A stretch of 64,000 bases of DNA from Anaerohalosphaeraceae bacterium (lineage in GTDB: Bacteria; Planctomycetota; Phycisphaerae; Sedimentisphaerales; Anaerohalosphaeraceae), in contig CAXXSL010000013.1 in the NCBI GenBank assembly GCA_963675525.2, forward strand, positions 544,001 through 608,000, read 5' to 3'. The notes beneath the pieces were generated by a model. It ran no database searches. It was not told the DNA's origin and saw only the letters and a list, made by a program, of their open reading frames with translations. Both the position numbers and the translations under genes were made by a program. This document shows, piece after piece, positions 42,349 through 51,910 of this stretch (positions are counted from its first letter, which is position 1; every line of letters begins with the position of its first letter).

Positions 42349-44310
42349 ATGCGTAAAAACTGGAAAAATATCGGCTTAGCAATCATATTGTCCTTCTCGT
42401 TTCTAAGCACACAGGCGGCTTTCGCCATGTCCAACAAAATCCCCAGCCCCGACGGCAATCTAAAAGTCGATTTTCAGCTTAACGCTGACGGTGTGCCTCT
42501 TTATTCAATTGAACTCAACGGTAACGTTGTACTGGTTCCTTCCGAACTGGGACTGGTACGCATTGATCAGGAATTCGACGGTGGGTTGACGCTCGTCAAA
42601 ACATCCGGTGTCGAAACAGTCAAAGATGACTACACGATGATCACCGGTAAACGCCGGGAATGTTCCTACCGGGCCAACCGCCGTACGTTCACCCTGAAAA
42701 ACAGTAACAGCCAAACCATGCAGATCATTTTCCAGGTCTCCAACGACGGCGTGGCGTTCCGTTACGCTTTTCCTGATCCAACGGAAACCAGTCTTGCCCT
42801 TACCCAAGAAGAAACCACTTTTGCCTTTGCGCCAACGACCGTTTCGTGGCTGCATCCCATGCCGGAAGCCAAAACCGGCTGGTCACGCACACAGCCGTCC
42901 TATGAAGAATACTACACCAAGGCAGCACCGGTCGGTACACCATCGCCGATGAGCGGAGGCTGGTGTTTTCCCGCGCTGTTCAAAACCATCGATGACATTT
43001 GGGTGCTGATCTGTGACTCAGACGTCGATGGAAATTATTGCGCCGTCCGCCTGGCGGCCGACTCCACCGGCGGCATTTACCATATCGCGTTTCCGCACCG
43101 GCAAGAACACCGCGGCAGCGTCGATCCGGCCGCACCGGTCATCACAAGACCCTTCCAGTCACCGTGGCGTGTGCTGATCATCGGTGAGACTCTCAACACA
43201 CTCGTGACCTCCACGCTAATGACCGACGTCGCAACACCCTGTCAACCGGACAACACCGATTTCATCAAGCCCGGCAAAGCCGCATGGCACTGGCTGCGAT
43301 ACAGCGACGAAAGCGCCACGCTGGAATATGCCGACTCGTTCCTCGACTTCGCGGCAAAGATGAAATGGGAATACATGCTCATTGATGCAAGCTGGGACCA
43401 GTACATCGGCTATGAAAAAATGGCTGAGTTTGTGAAGAAAGCCAACGCAAAAAACGTCGATGTCATCCTGTGGTACAACTCGAACGGCCCCTGGAACGAC
43501 GCGCCCATGACGCCGAAGAATAAAATGCACGAGCGTGATGTCCGCCGCAAGGAATTTGCCATCCTGCAGAAGATGGGCGTGGCAGGCGTCAAGATCGATT
43601 TCTTCGGCGGCGACAAACAAGCCACGATGCAATTGTACATGGACATCTTCAAAGACGCCGCGGACTTTGGGATCGTGGTCAACTGCCACGGCGCCACCAT
43701 CCCCCGCGGCTGGCAGCGCACCTGGCCCAACCTCGTCACGATGGAATCCGTTCGCGGCATGGAGTACTGCACCTTCGATCAGAACAACACCGACCAACAA
43801 CCCGAACACTGCTGCATCCTGCCGTTTACCCGTAACGCGATTGGTTCGATGGATTTTACGCCGATGGTCTTCAATAAGAAAATCCGCGGCGTCACATTGG
43901 TCACAACGCCTGCGTTCGAGCTGGCCCTGTCCGTCGTCTTCGAATCCGGCGTACAACACTTCGGACTCGTACCCGATGAATACAAAATGATGCCCGACTT
44001 CGTCATCAGCTACCTGCAAAACGTACCGACCACATGGGACCAAACACGCCTCGTCGCCGGCTACCCCGCACAATATGTCGTCATGGCACGTCAATCCGCC
44101 GGCACCTGGTACATCGCAGGCATCAACGGGACCGGCAGCGAAAAACAACTGGCCCTCGATTTATCCTTCCTCCCCAAAGACGCCACAGCAACCATGATCA
44201 CCGACGGCCCCGACAACACCTTCGTCAAAACAACCTTAAACAAAGAAACGCTCGGCAGTTTGAAAGTAAAAATAAAAACCAACGGCGGCTTCGTCATCGT
44301 TGCTAAATAA
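42349..44310 (+). CDS. Glycoside hydrolase family 97
   Basis: SPDG.L.V, NDGVAFRY, IKPGKAAW, GVKIDFF, NCHG, RTWPN...ESVRG.E, PFTR...GSMDFTP. Confidence 0.92.
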   Translation: MRKNWKNIGLAIILSFSFLSTQAAFAMSNKIPSPDGNLKVDFQLNADGVPLYSIELNGNVVLVPSELGLVRIDQEFDGGLTLVKTSGVETVKDDYTMITGKRRECSYRANRRTFTLKNSNSQTMQIIFQVSNDGVAFRYAFPDPTETSLALTQEETTFAFAPTTVSWLHPMPEAKTGWSRTQPSYEEYYTKAAPVGTPSPMSGGWCFPALFKTIDDIWVLICDSDVDGNYCAVRLAADSTGGIYHIAFPHRQEHRGSVDPAAPVITRPFQSPWRVLIIGETLNTLVTSTLMTDVATPCQPDNTDFIKPGKAAWHWLRYSDESATLEYADSFLDFAAKMKWEYMLIDASWDQYIGYEKMAEFVKKANAKNVDVILWYNSNGPWNDAPMTPKNKMHERDVRRKEFAILQKMGVAGVKIDFFGGDKQATMQLYMDIFKDAADFGIVVNCHGATIPRGWQRTWPNLVTMESVRGMEYCTFDQNNTDQQPEHCCILPFTRNAIGSMDFTPMVFNKKIRGVTLVTTPAFELALSVVFESGVQHFGLVPDEYKMMPDFVISYLQNVPTTWDQTRLVAGYPAQYVVMARQSAGTWYIAGINGTGSEKQLALDLSFLPKDATATMITDGPDNTFVKTTLNKETLGSLKVKIKTNGGFVIVAK

Positions 44311-44332
44311 AAACCAATAAAAGGACAAATCC

Positions 44333-44791
44333 ATGATAAATACGTTGCCGATTGCTAATGTTATTATGCCGATTGCTTTTGAGTTTTACATTGGCTTGCT
44401 CTTATTTTGGTTAATCGTTTTGCCACTTGAAGCACTTATTTTTAAATTACTTGAAAAAATCGCTTTTCTCCGAATCTTCCTTTTCATTTTTCTTTCGAAT
44501 CTTGTTTCTTGGGTTCTTGGGTTCATTATTGGCACATTTGTTCTAAGTTATATCCCCCTATTCACATATTCTTACTTTGATAGTAAAGGATGGGTCTTTT
44601 CGCTTTTCGCAATATTTATCGTGTCATTCTTCATGAGCTGGTTTATTGAATATTTCTTTTTAAAACTTTTTGCTAAACGATTTTCCTTTACTCATCTCTT
44701 TAAAACAACGGGTTATGCTAATATGTGCAGCTACATAGTTCTTTATGTCATATCATTCTGTAGCATTATTATCCAAGGTCTATTCTTTTAA
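44333..44791 (+). CDS. AT-rich hypothetical membrane protein
   Basis: Four TM helices; E...N..S repeated twice. Confidence 0.65.
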   Translation: MINTLPIANVIMPIAFEFYIGLLLFWLIVLPLEALIFKLLEKIAFLRIFLFIFLSNLVSWVLGFIIGTFVLSYIPLFTYSYFDSKGWVFSLFAIFIVSFFMSWFIEYFFLKLFAKRFSFTHLFKTTGYANMCSYIVLYVISFCSIIIQGLFF

Positions 44792-44848
44792 GTAATGTAG
44801 GGTGGGCCATGCCCACGCGGAACACACCCACCCTACCAAATAACATAT

Positions 44849-46003
44849 TTAACTTGTTGTCAACCCGCGGATGACGCCGTGGGCCGCTTCGTTGCGCAGC
44901 TCCAGCGTGTATTCGCCGATCAATTCGCCGCATTCGTAGTCGCCCCCGCTGGCCAGCGGTTTGAAGTGGAAACTTCGTCCGCTCAGCGGCAGCACCTTCA
45001 CACGCGACGAATCCAGCAGCAGCACCGCATCCTGCGGCATCCAGCGCGTCGTCACAATCCGGCACAGGCCGAAATCGCTTTCATACGCCGTCACCCGGTC
45101 GCGATACGTCGTGTCCGACGCGGTAAATCCGCGCAGCGCCGACAGGAACGTATTAATCTTGCGCTTCTGGAAGCCGCCGACAACAATCGTATCGATCGTG
45201 CCGCAACTGTTCTCCCAGATACGCCGCAAGACGTAGTTGAGCTTTTCCTCATCCAGTCCTGTGCCGGAGGGGAATCCGCTCGCGCCGACGTTGAACACAT
45301 TGCTCGTCAAATGTGACAAGACGCCTTTCATCGTCCGCCGGACGGTATCGCTGCCCTGCGGAGTGGTGGTTGTCATGCCGCCGTTAATGACGGTGTTCTC
45401 CAGATCCCGCAGCAATTCACGCAAACGCTCCTGCTTCTGATAATCCATCTCATCCGCCAAACCAATCTGACTGGCCGCCAGGTCGGTGCCGCTGACTTCA
45501 ACCGCCGCGGTAAAGATTTGCGTGTAGTTACCAAACCGGCTGCGATTGGTAAACCGTGCAGTCGGTTTGTCGCCGCCTTCCAGCGCCGCATTACCGAGGA
45601 TATTGATCACGGTGCCATTGGCCAGTTCTTCGGCGGTCGTGCCCGCATATTCGCGAATGACCGTCAGCGTATCGCCCGACACCGCCGTAACCAGCATCAG
45701 TTCTTTGGCGCCTTGGCATTGGATCTGGTCGCCGGGGCGGAACCGGTCGCCATGTGCTACATCGAACTGCGTTTCCAATTCCGGATCGCTGATCGATGTA
45801 TCGTCGACCGTATCCTTGTTCGGCAGCAATTCATCCTCCAGCCACTCGTGATGCGTGCTCGTCGCCGCCCGCAGCGGATCGCCCAGCACATCCAACAGCG
45901 GTGTCTCGAACGGCGAGACGATCGAAATGACATCCGAGACGTCCTCGGCCAACTCCGGCAAACCCGCTCCGCTCGTATATGTTGCTTTTCCACTAAATGC
46001 CAT
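44849..46003 (-). CDS. Phage major capsid protein (DUF5309-type, HK97 fold)
   Basis: EDVSDVI...SP.ETPLL, HEWLEDEL, EGGD, NYTQIF...VEVSGT, RDLE, M.G, YESDFG, GEYTLELRNE.AHG.I.GL. Confidence 0.88.
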   Translation of the reverse strand: MAFSGKATYTSGAGLPELAEDVSDVISIVSPFETPLLDVLGDPLRAATSTHHEWLEDELLPNKDTVDDTSISDPELETQFDVAHGDRFRPGDQIQCQGAKELMLVTAVSGDTLTVIREYAGTTAEELANGTVINILGNAALEGGDKPTARFTNRSRFGNYTQIFTAAVEVSGTDLAASQIGLADEMDYQKQERLRELLRDLENTVINGGMTTTTPQGSDTVRRTMKGVLSHLTSNVFNVGASGFPSGTGLDEEKLNYVLRRIWENSCGTIDTIVVGGFQKRKINTFLSALRGFTASDTTYRDRVTAYESDFGLCRIVTTRWMPQDAVLLLDSSRVKVLPLSGRSFHFKPLASGGDYECGELIGEYTLELRNEAAHGVIRGLTTS

Positions 46004-46084
46004 AATAAATCTCCTTCCTGTTTAAAATCATATTTGCATTGTGTCATTCCCGCGCAGGCGGGAATCTACTGTTATGAAAAACCC

Positions 46085-46216
46085 CAAATCTTAAGCACTA
46101 AATCCAAAACAAATTCAAAATACTAAAACCCAAAATTCTAAACGACATAGTTTCGAATATTTGAATTTTAATCATTAAGATTTGTTTAGAATTTATGATT
46201 TGGAGCTTAGGATTTC
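46085..46216. repeat. AT-rich 7-bp-periodic inverted repeat between scaffold and capsid genes
   Basis: AAATCTTAAGCACTAAATCC...TTCTAAAC mirrored by GTTTAGAATTT...GCTTAGGATTT; preceded by the REP-like GTCATTCCCGCGCAGGCGGGAATC at ~46043. Confidence 0.55.
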
Positions 46217-46639
46217 TCAGACGTAAGCACGTCTGAACCGCAGGTACTCCTGCACATCACTTCGACTGCCGCTGTGTGCGGCCTGTTTGGCTGCGGTCTG
46301 CAGCATGGTTCGTGCACCGCCGGTGCGTGTTTCCTTGACGCCCTGCGTCTTTTGACGGTTGTCGTTTTCAGTAGCCGCGACCAGGCTTTGCTTAACCGCA
46401 TCCTGCAAACTTTCCACCTGCTCCTTCAATGCCGCCATTTGCTCGTTTTGTTCGTTGTGTGATTCTTTCAATTCTGACAGCTCCTTTTCCGCCGCCTGTG
46501 CCCGCTTACGATACCGAATCGACTCACTGACCGGTACCAGCTTTTCGGATTGACTGTCCCCCGTACCGCCGGTATCTTGCCGGCTTTCCTCATCACTGGT
46601 TACTGCTGACTGTTCACTGCTAACTGATTCCTCACTCAT
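46217..46639 (-). CDS. Putative capsid scaffolding protein
   Basis: Acidic disordered N-terminus, VPVSESIRYRKRAQ.AE coiled coil, C-terminal helix AA.SG...DV.EYLR.RR; directly upstream of the capsid gene. Confidence 0.7.
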   Translation of the reverse strand: MSEESVSSEQSAVTSDEESRQDTGGTGDSQSEKLVPVSESIRYRKRAQAAEKELSELKESHNEQNEQMAALKEQVESLQDAVKQSLVAATENDNRQKTQGVKETRTGGARTMLQTAAKQAAHSGSRSDVQEYLRFRRAYV

Positions 46640-46761
46640 AAAAACTCCTTTCTGTTAATTTTTCTTTGAATTTTTCACAAAATCAATACAATGAAATGCC
46701 ACACCCTCATAATAGAAGCGTCTGTATAAACAACAGAAGCAGGGTTTTAAGGAATGTAGAA

Positions 46762-47404
46762 ATGTTTGATTTACCGAACTGGTTTTGGAATACACTGGCA
46801 ATAATAGTTTTTATTGCTGTCAATTTCATTCTCTGGCTTCACTGTCGCCGTTGCAAAGCCAAAGGCATCGATCCCCAGCCACCATTTAACCGATTCAAAA
46901 AGCATGAAAAACGGATTTCACGCTGGACAGATATTTTTATTATCATAATTATCCTTCTCGAAACAATTGCTTGTGGATATGCTATTTACGCCGTTACAAA
47001 CAGTCTGCCACAAAATATTTCCTTCGAATATCAACAAGATAACAGTCAGCTAACTCTGTCCGTCGGGCTTCTTCTGCTGTTGATTTATTCTGCTTCGGCA
47101 ATCACAATGGCTAGCCTGCTCTCCGCATATCAAAGAAATCTCACGGTAATAAAACGACTTGAACTCCTCGTGATGTGCTGTACACCCTTACTACTCGGAA
47201 TTCTTTATTGTGTCGTTGACAATTCCCACAATTATCGTTTTTTACTTCAAACTCTTGCTGGGCAGCTTATTTTCCGTTGTCTTCATCAACTGGCCGGCAA
47301 TTCTGTTGGGGCGTTCATTTTGCGAATTCTATCCGGCATTGCTCAGAAAAATCCCTCTGCCATGGTTTCAGTTTTCGGAGCAAGAAGAAAAAAAATCTGA
47401 CTAA
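46762..47404 (+). CDS. Hypothetical membrane protein, probable frameshift in the T run near 47240
   Basis: Track ORFs 46666..47400 and 47210..47404 join on removing one T. Confidence 0.55.
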
Positions 47405-47489
47405 CTCCGTATTAATCTGTATCTAACGAATACAAATGAGCAAAAAAACATTTAACTTTGATATGTGTTTTAATATGATGAGAATTATG

Positions 47490-48172
47490 ATGAAAACAAA
47501 ATCCTATCTACTACTTATAATCGTTGGCAGCTCTCTATTCCTTTCCGGCTGCTCTAAAAAAAATCCCTCAAGCACAATACCTGCTGAACCCAACAAATCT
47601 TCGGGCCAACAACAATCCAAACGACACGAAGTCAACCGTCCAAAATTAAAATTGGAATACGCTGATGATATTGATAAACTCGCTCTTCAGATCGCTGCTA
47701 TTTTGGACAATATCGAAACGCCCGAAGACGCTGAACAGGCCATCAAAACGTTGAAACCACTGGGGAAGGAATATCGGAAGTTAAATCAAAAATTCAGCAA
47801 ATACTATCTGCAGGAGACGGAGGACCTCTTTTCAACAAATTAAATAATTATCCTAAAATGGTCCAGCGAGCGGTTTCAATTCACCTACACAAACAAGCGG
47901 AACAGGAAAAGTCCACACTTTACAACTTTTATGGCAAGAACCTGCCAAAAAGATTAAAACTCGCTGTGTCTGACGCGGCCCAGTTTACAGGCCTGTCTTT
48001 CTTTACGGACAGTCAAACCTGGGAAAAATGGAAAAAACGTATCAATGCCCCCTACATCTCACCCGACCCGAATATAGTAACAGGTCAAAATACAGCTGTT
48101 GATCCAAATTCAATCGTAGACCCCAATTCCCCCTGGGACCCCAACTTACTCGTTGACCCGAACCGACCTTAA
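47490..48172 (+). CDS. Lipoprotein with C-terminal DPN repeats, probable frameshift near 47830
   Basis: Lipobox LSGC; adding one T joins 47436..47843 to 47858..48172 (FNKLNNYPKMVQR). Confidence 0.6.
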
Positions 48173-48317
48173 AAACATTATAACGCCAGCTTCATGCTCA
48201 CTCATAAAAACTCCTTTCTAAGAAATCTATTGATTAACATTAATTCTCTGATATGCTTTTATGATATTTTTAATTTTTCAGATGGTGGAAGATCTGAATT
48301 CCCAGGACTAAATTTAT

Positions 48318-49664
48318 ATGAAAATAAAGCTGATCTCGCCACAAATGACCCTTCGTCCGATGGATTCAGAACTCAAACGTCGGATGTCTCCACCCTTGGC
48401 TTTATTAGTTCTGGCAGCATTAACCCCACCTCAAAACACCGTCATCGTTGAAGACGAAAATATCAGGAAACTTAACCTCAGTGACTCACCCGACCTTGTC
48501 GGCATCACCGTCAATGTAGATACCTCCAAGCGTGCCTATGAAATTGCGTCCCACTATCGCCGACGTAATATCCCCGTCGTTCTAGGCGGTATTCATCCCA
48601 GTGCCAACCCAAGCGAGGCCGGACAGTACTGCGACGCGGTTTGCATTGGCGAAGCGGAAACGCTCTGGCCAAAAATACTGCAAGACAGACAATCAAATAA
48701 CTTACTTTCTCAATATCACAACTTAGAGACTACCGACCTTTCGTTGACCCCGTTGCCGAAATGGGACATATTAAATTCCTCGGATTATCTCTATACGAAT
48801 GTACTTTGTACCAGTCGGGGTTGTCCGTTCCGCTGTGAGTTCTGCTATAACAGTTGTGACTACACGCAGCATGCCTTTCGAAACCGTCCAATCGCCAATG
48901 TAATTTCAGAGATAGAAAGTTTCAAAACTCGACAGGTCATGTTTATAGATGACAATTTCATTGGCAATCCGCAATGGACACGAGAATTCATAAAGACCAT
49001 TCGCCCCATGAAACTGATTTGGCACGCTGCGGTATCAACAAATATTATCCAGCATCCGGACCTGCTCGATGCCATGGCAGCCGCCGGTTGCAGAAGTCTC
49101 TTTATCGGCTTTGAATCAATTAACCATCACTCCATTCGCAGCGTCAATAAAGTCCAGAATCATTGCGACCAATATGACCAGATCATTCGAATGTTACATG
49201 AACGTAAGATCATGGTAAATGCCAGCATGGTATTTGGATTGGATAGCGACACGCCTGAAACATTTCCAGACACTTTGGACTGGTTGGTGAGCAATAAAGT
49301 CGAGACCGTAACCGCACACATTTTGACACCATATCCCGGCACGAAACTGTTTCAACGTTTTCAGGCAGAAGGACGTATCTTCGACAGGAACTGGAGTCAC
49401 TATAATACCGCCCATGTTGTTTACCAACCCAAAAACATGACCCCGGAAGAACTTTATAACGGCTATCGTTGGCTTTATAATCAGTTTTATTCCTTTGGTA
49501 ATATTTTCAGACGAATGCCCACCAGCGCAAGTTTAAAAACTCCTTATCTGTTATTCAACTTCGGATACCGAAAATTCGGCAAGGTCACTTCGCTGTCAGC
49601 TCATGTGGGTTTGTTAAATCGCATGGGAAAACTTGTTCGCCACCTTTGCTACGGCATCGAATAA
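48318..49664 (+). CDS. B12-binding domain radical SAM protein
   Basis: VVLGGIHP, TSRGCPFRCEFC, FIDDNF, FIGFES, LTPYPGT. Confidence 0.92.
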   Translation: MKIKLISPQMTLRPMDSELKRRMSPPLALLVLAALTPPQNTVIVEDENIRKLNLSDSPDLVGITVNVDTSKRAYEIASHYRRRNIPVVLGGIHPSANPSEAGQYCDAVCIGEAETLWPKILQDRQSNNLLSQYHNLETTDLSLTPLPKWDILNSSDYLYTNVLCTSRGCPFRCEFCYNSCDYTQHAFRNRPIANVISEIESFKTRQVMFIDDNFIGNPQWTREFIKTIRPMKLIWHAAVSTNIIQHPDLLDAMAAAGCRSLFIGFESINHHSIRSVNKVQNHCDQYDQIIRMLHERKIMVNASMVFGLDSDTPETFPDTLDWLVSNKVETVTAHILTPYPGTKLFQRFQAEGRIFDRNWSHYNTAHVVYQPKNMTPEELYNGYRWLYNQFYSFGNIFRRMPTSASLKTPYLLFNFGYRKFGKVTSLSAHVGLLNRMGKLVRHLCYGIE

Positions 49665-49681
49665 TTAATATAATACGGTAG

Positions 49682-49980
49682 ATGATGGATAAAAAGAAAA
49701 AAGAAAAAGTGCTGCTGGAAAAGTTTATCGGGGTGTACTGCCGCAAGAAGCATGGCACTGATGGCACGGAACTTTGCGCTGAATGCAGCGACCTTAAGAA
49801 CTATGCATTTGAGAAGCTGGACAAGTGCCCCTTTGACCCCAAGCCCAAGTGCAAAGACTGCCGGGTTCACTGCTATAAAGACCCGTATCGTCAGCGGTCA
49901 AAGAGGTCATGAAATTTTCCGGCATTCATTTTGTCAAACGCGGCCGGCTCGACTGGCTGTTTAAATACCTCATGCGCTAA
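49682..49980 (+). CDS. YgbA-like (nitrous oxide-stimulated promoter family) protein, frameshift near 49897
   Basis: YCRKKH...LC.EC..L..YA...LDKCP...KP.CKDC.VHCY; adding one G gives RVKEVMKFSG...KYLMR*. Confidence 0.75.
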
Positions 49981-50057
49981 AACCAGCACCCAAAATTTGA
50001 TTGAATAATATTCATCACCTGTTATACTGTCAGCGTTATTCATACGGGAGAAATAAG

Positions 50058-50516
50058 ATGAATACAAAAATTTATCTATTGTTGATAATTGCTGGTATAA
50101 TTTTATTCCTTTCCGGTTGTCTGGAACCGACGTCTTATGAACGGTCTGTTTCGCTGTTGCCGGCGGTGATTGAAGGTGTTGACCCGAATATGCCGGAACC
50201 AGATCCGCTGGATGTGTTAGCGGCGGCCGAAAAGATCGCGGGCAAGGCCGGGCTGAAACCCTATACAGCCTCGCATGAAGAAGTGTCTCTTTTGGATATC
50301 GCCGACAGCGGTCTGCTGGGCGAAACTCATAGCGATGAAATAAATGTAACAGAATGGAAACACCCCGACTTAGCCGTCTATCTGACTGTCACGCGAAAGC
50401 CGGAGGAAATTCTGATTTTACTGAACCACACCCCTGACGCAGCCGGCAAACCCAACCGGCCCGCACAAAAACTATTCGAGTCCATCCAAAAACAATTGGC
50501 CGAAACAGACTTTTAA
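50058..50516 (+). CDS. Hypothetical lipoprotein
   Basis: Signal MNTKIYLLLIIAGIILFLSGC. Confidence 0.7.
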   Translation: MNTKIYLLLIIAGIILFLSGCLEPTSYERSVSLLPAVIEGVDPNMPEPDPLDVLAAAEKIAGKAGLKPYTASHEEVSLLDIADSGLLGETHSDEINVTEWKHPDLAVYLTVTRKPEEILILLNHTPDAAGKPNRPAQKLFESIQKQLAETDF

Positions 50517-50517
50517 C

Positions 50518-50751
50518 TTAAAGAGATGTTTTCGCCAATGGTTTTGGATTGATCCGCCGGAGTTTTTGCTGTGCCAGTGCCTCTTTGAGCCAGGCATTGA
50601 TCCTTGTGCCGTAGGTGTAATCGTCCAGCTCCAGCAGATGCTCGGCATCCAGCGGTCCTACGCCGCCGATCACCTCGCCAAACGGCGTGCTTTCCACGGC
50701 GTAGATGCAGCCGTTCCCGACATGTTGCCAAAATCCTTTAACGCGACCCAT
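50518..50751 (-). CDS. Small hypothetical protein
   Basis: MGRVKGFWQH...; RBS GAAGGG; 77 aa. Confidence 0.6.
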   Translation of the reverse strand: MGRVKGFWQHVGNGCIYAVESTPFGEVIGGVGPLDAEHLLELDDYTYGTRINAWLKEALAQQKLRRINPKPLAKTSL

Positions 50752-50931
50752 AATCAATCCCTTCACTTCAACAGAGCCTCTACTAAAGTCTGGCAAATAA
50801 ATACTGCCGGGGCAAATTATAAAAATATAAAGTCGCCTTTGGCGGATGTTTAAACAGATCACCTCGGCTTCGCTCGGGATGACGGCCCCCCTGTGATAAT
50901 GACAGGGCATATTTGATCATTCGCTAACGTA

Positions 50932-51543
50932 TTATCCGATCTTTTCGATCGCCGTGGCGTCCAGTATCCGCAACCCCATCAGCGACCGGTAGTTCCGTCC
51001 GCTGTTGAGATACTGCATCAGTTCGCGGTAAAGATCTGTATCCATGAATCGGACCAGCGGCTGGGTCACCTGGGCAAAGCACCGCAAGGCGGCCCTGGCC
51101 TGCTTATCCCAAAAACGACCGTACACATCCCAGTCGCTATCGGAGATGGTCCGCCGACAGTCGGCACTGCCGCAGGAGCATTCCAGTGGTTCCGGCAGGT
51201 TAAAGATTCCGTACTCGTCGGTGATCTGCTCGCCGGCAGCAATATCCCGCACCGCGATCTCAAAACCGTAACCGGTGCTGATGGTGTTCGGGTCACAGCG
51301 GTGATTGACATACTTGGCGATATCCCAACTTACAATGCGGCAGCCGCGTTCATCAATATAGGAAAACCAGTTGACCACCGTCTGGTATTGCGGATCCATG
51401 CCGGCAAACTGCTCGGGCGTGATCTCGATCTCCAGCGGGTCCTTGACATAAACGATCGTCCCTTTCGGGATCGGCCGTAGTGCAAACACACCATTACCAA
51501 TCGTTTCATTGACTTTTCGTAACTCTGTGTCGGGGTGGATCAT
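50932..51543 (-). CDS. SET-domain protein with post-SET cysteines
   Basis: G.GVFA...IPKGT, YVNHRCDPN, A.RDI..GEQITDEY, C.CG...CR. Confidence 0.9.
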   Translation of the reverse strand: MIHPDTELRKVNETIGNGVFALRPIPKGTIVYVKDPLEIEITPEQFAGMDPQYQTVVNWFSYIDERGCRIVSWDIAKYVNHRCDPNTISTGYGFEIAVRDIAAGEQITDEYGIFNLPEPLECSCGSADCRRTISDSDWDVYGRFWDKQARAALRCFAQVTQPLVRFMDTDLYRELMQYLNSGRNYRSLMGLRILDATAIEKIG

Positions 51544-51910
51544 AACATACCTCACTTCCTTCGGTCGTGTCATGGCAGGTCAAGAACACCCTGTGGCAGC
51601 GCAACTATTGCGCATCGGGGGCAGAGAATGATTACTCACAGGGGGATACCTGACGTGACGGAGAATTCAGCCCGGGGCCGAATCTCGCAAGTGCCGCCAT
51701 GCTCCTTAAAACATTGACGAACGCTGTCATCCGTATATTCCACCGCCGGAACCCGGCTCCGGGGTCGGTACGAATCAGCGCGCATTATACAAAAATCCCA
51801 CCGGAGTCAAACACGAATTTTTGACACTTTGTAAAAAAAAATAATGGGTACTTTATGAACTTGTCAAATATACAGCAGCTTACACTCACATCTGGTGGGC
51901 ATAGCCCACC

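Noticed and set aside
44849..46003. Encapsulin nanocompartment
   Set aside because: The sequence resembles phage DUF5309-type capsids and comes with scaffold, portal and terminase, which encapsulins lack.
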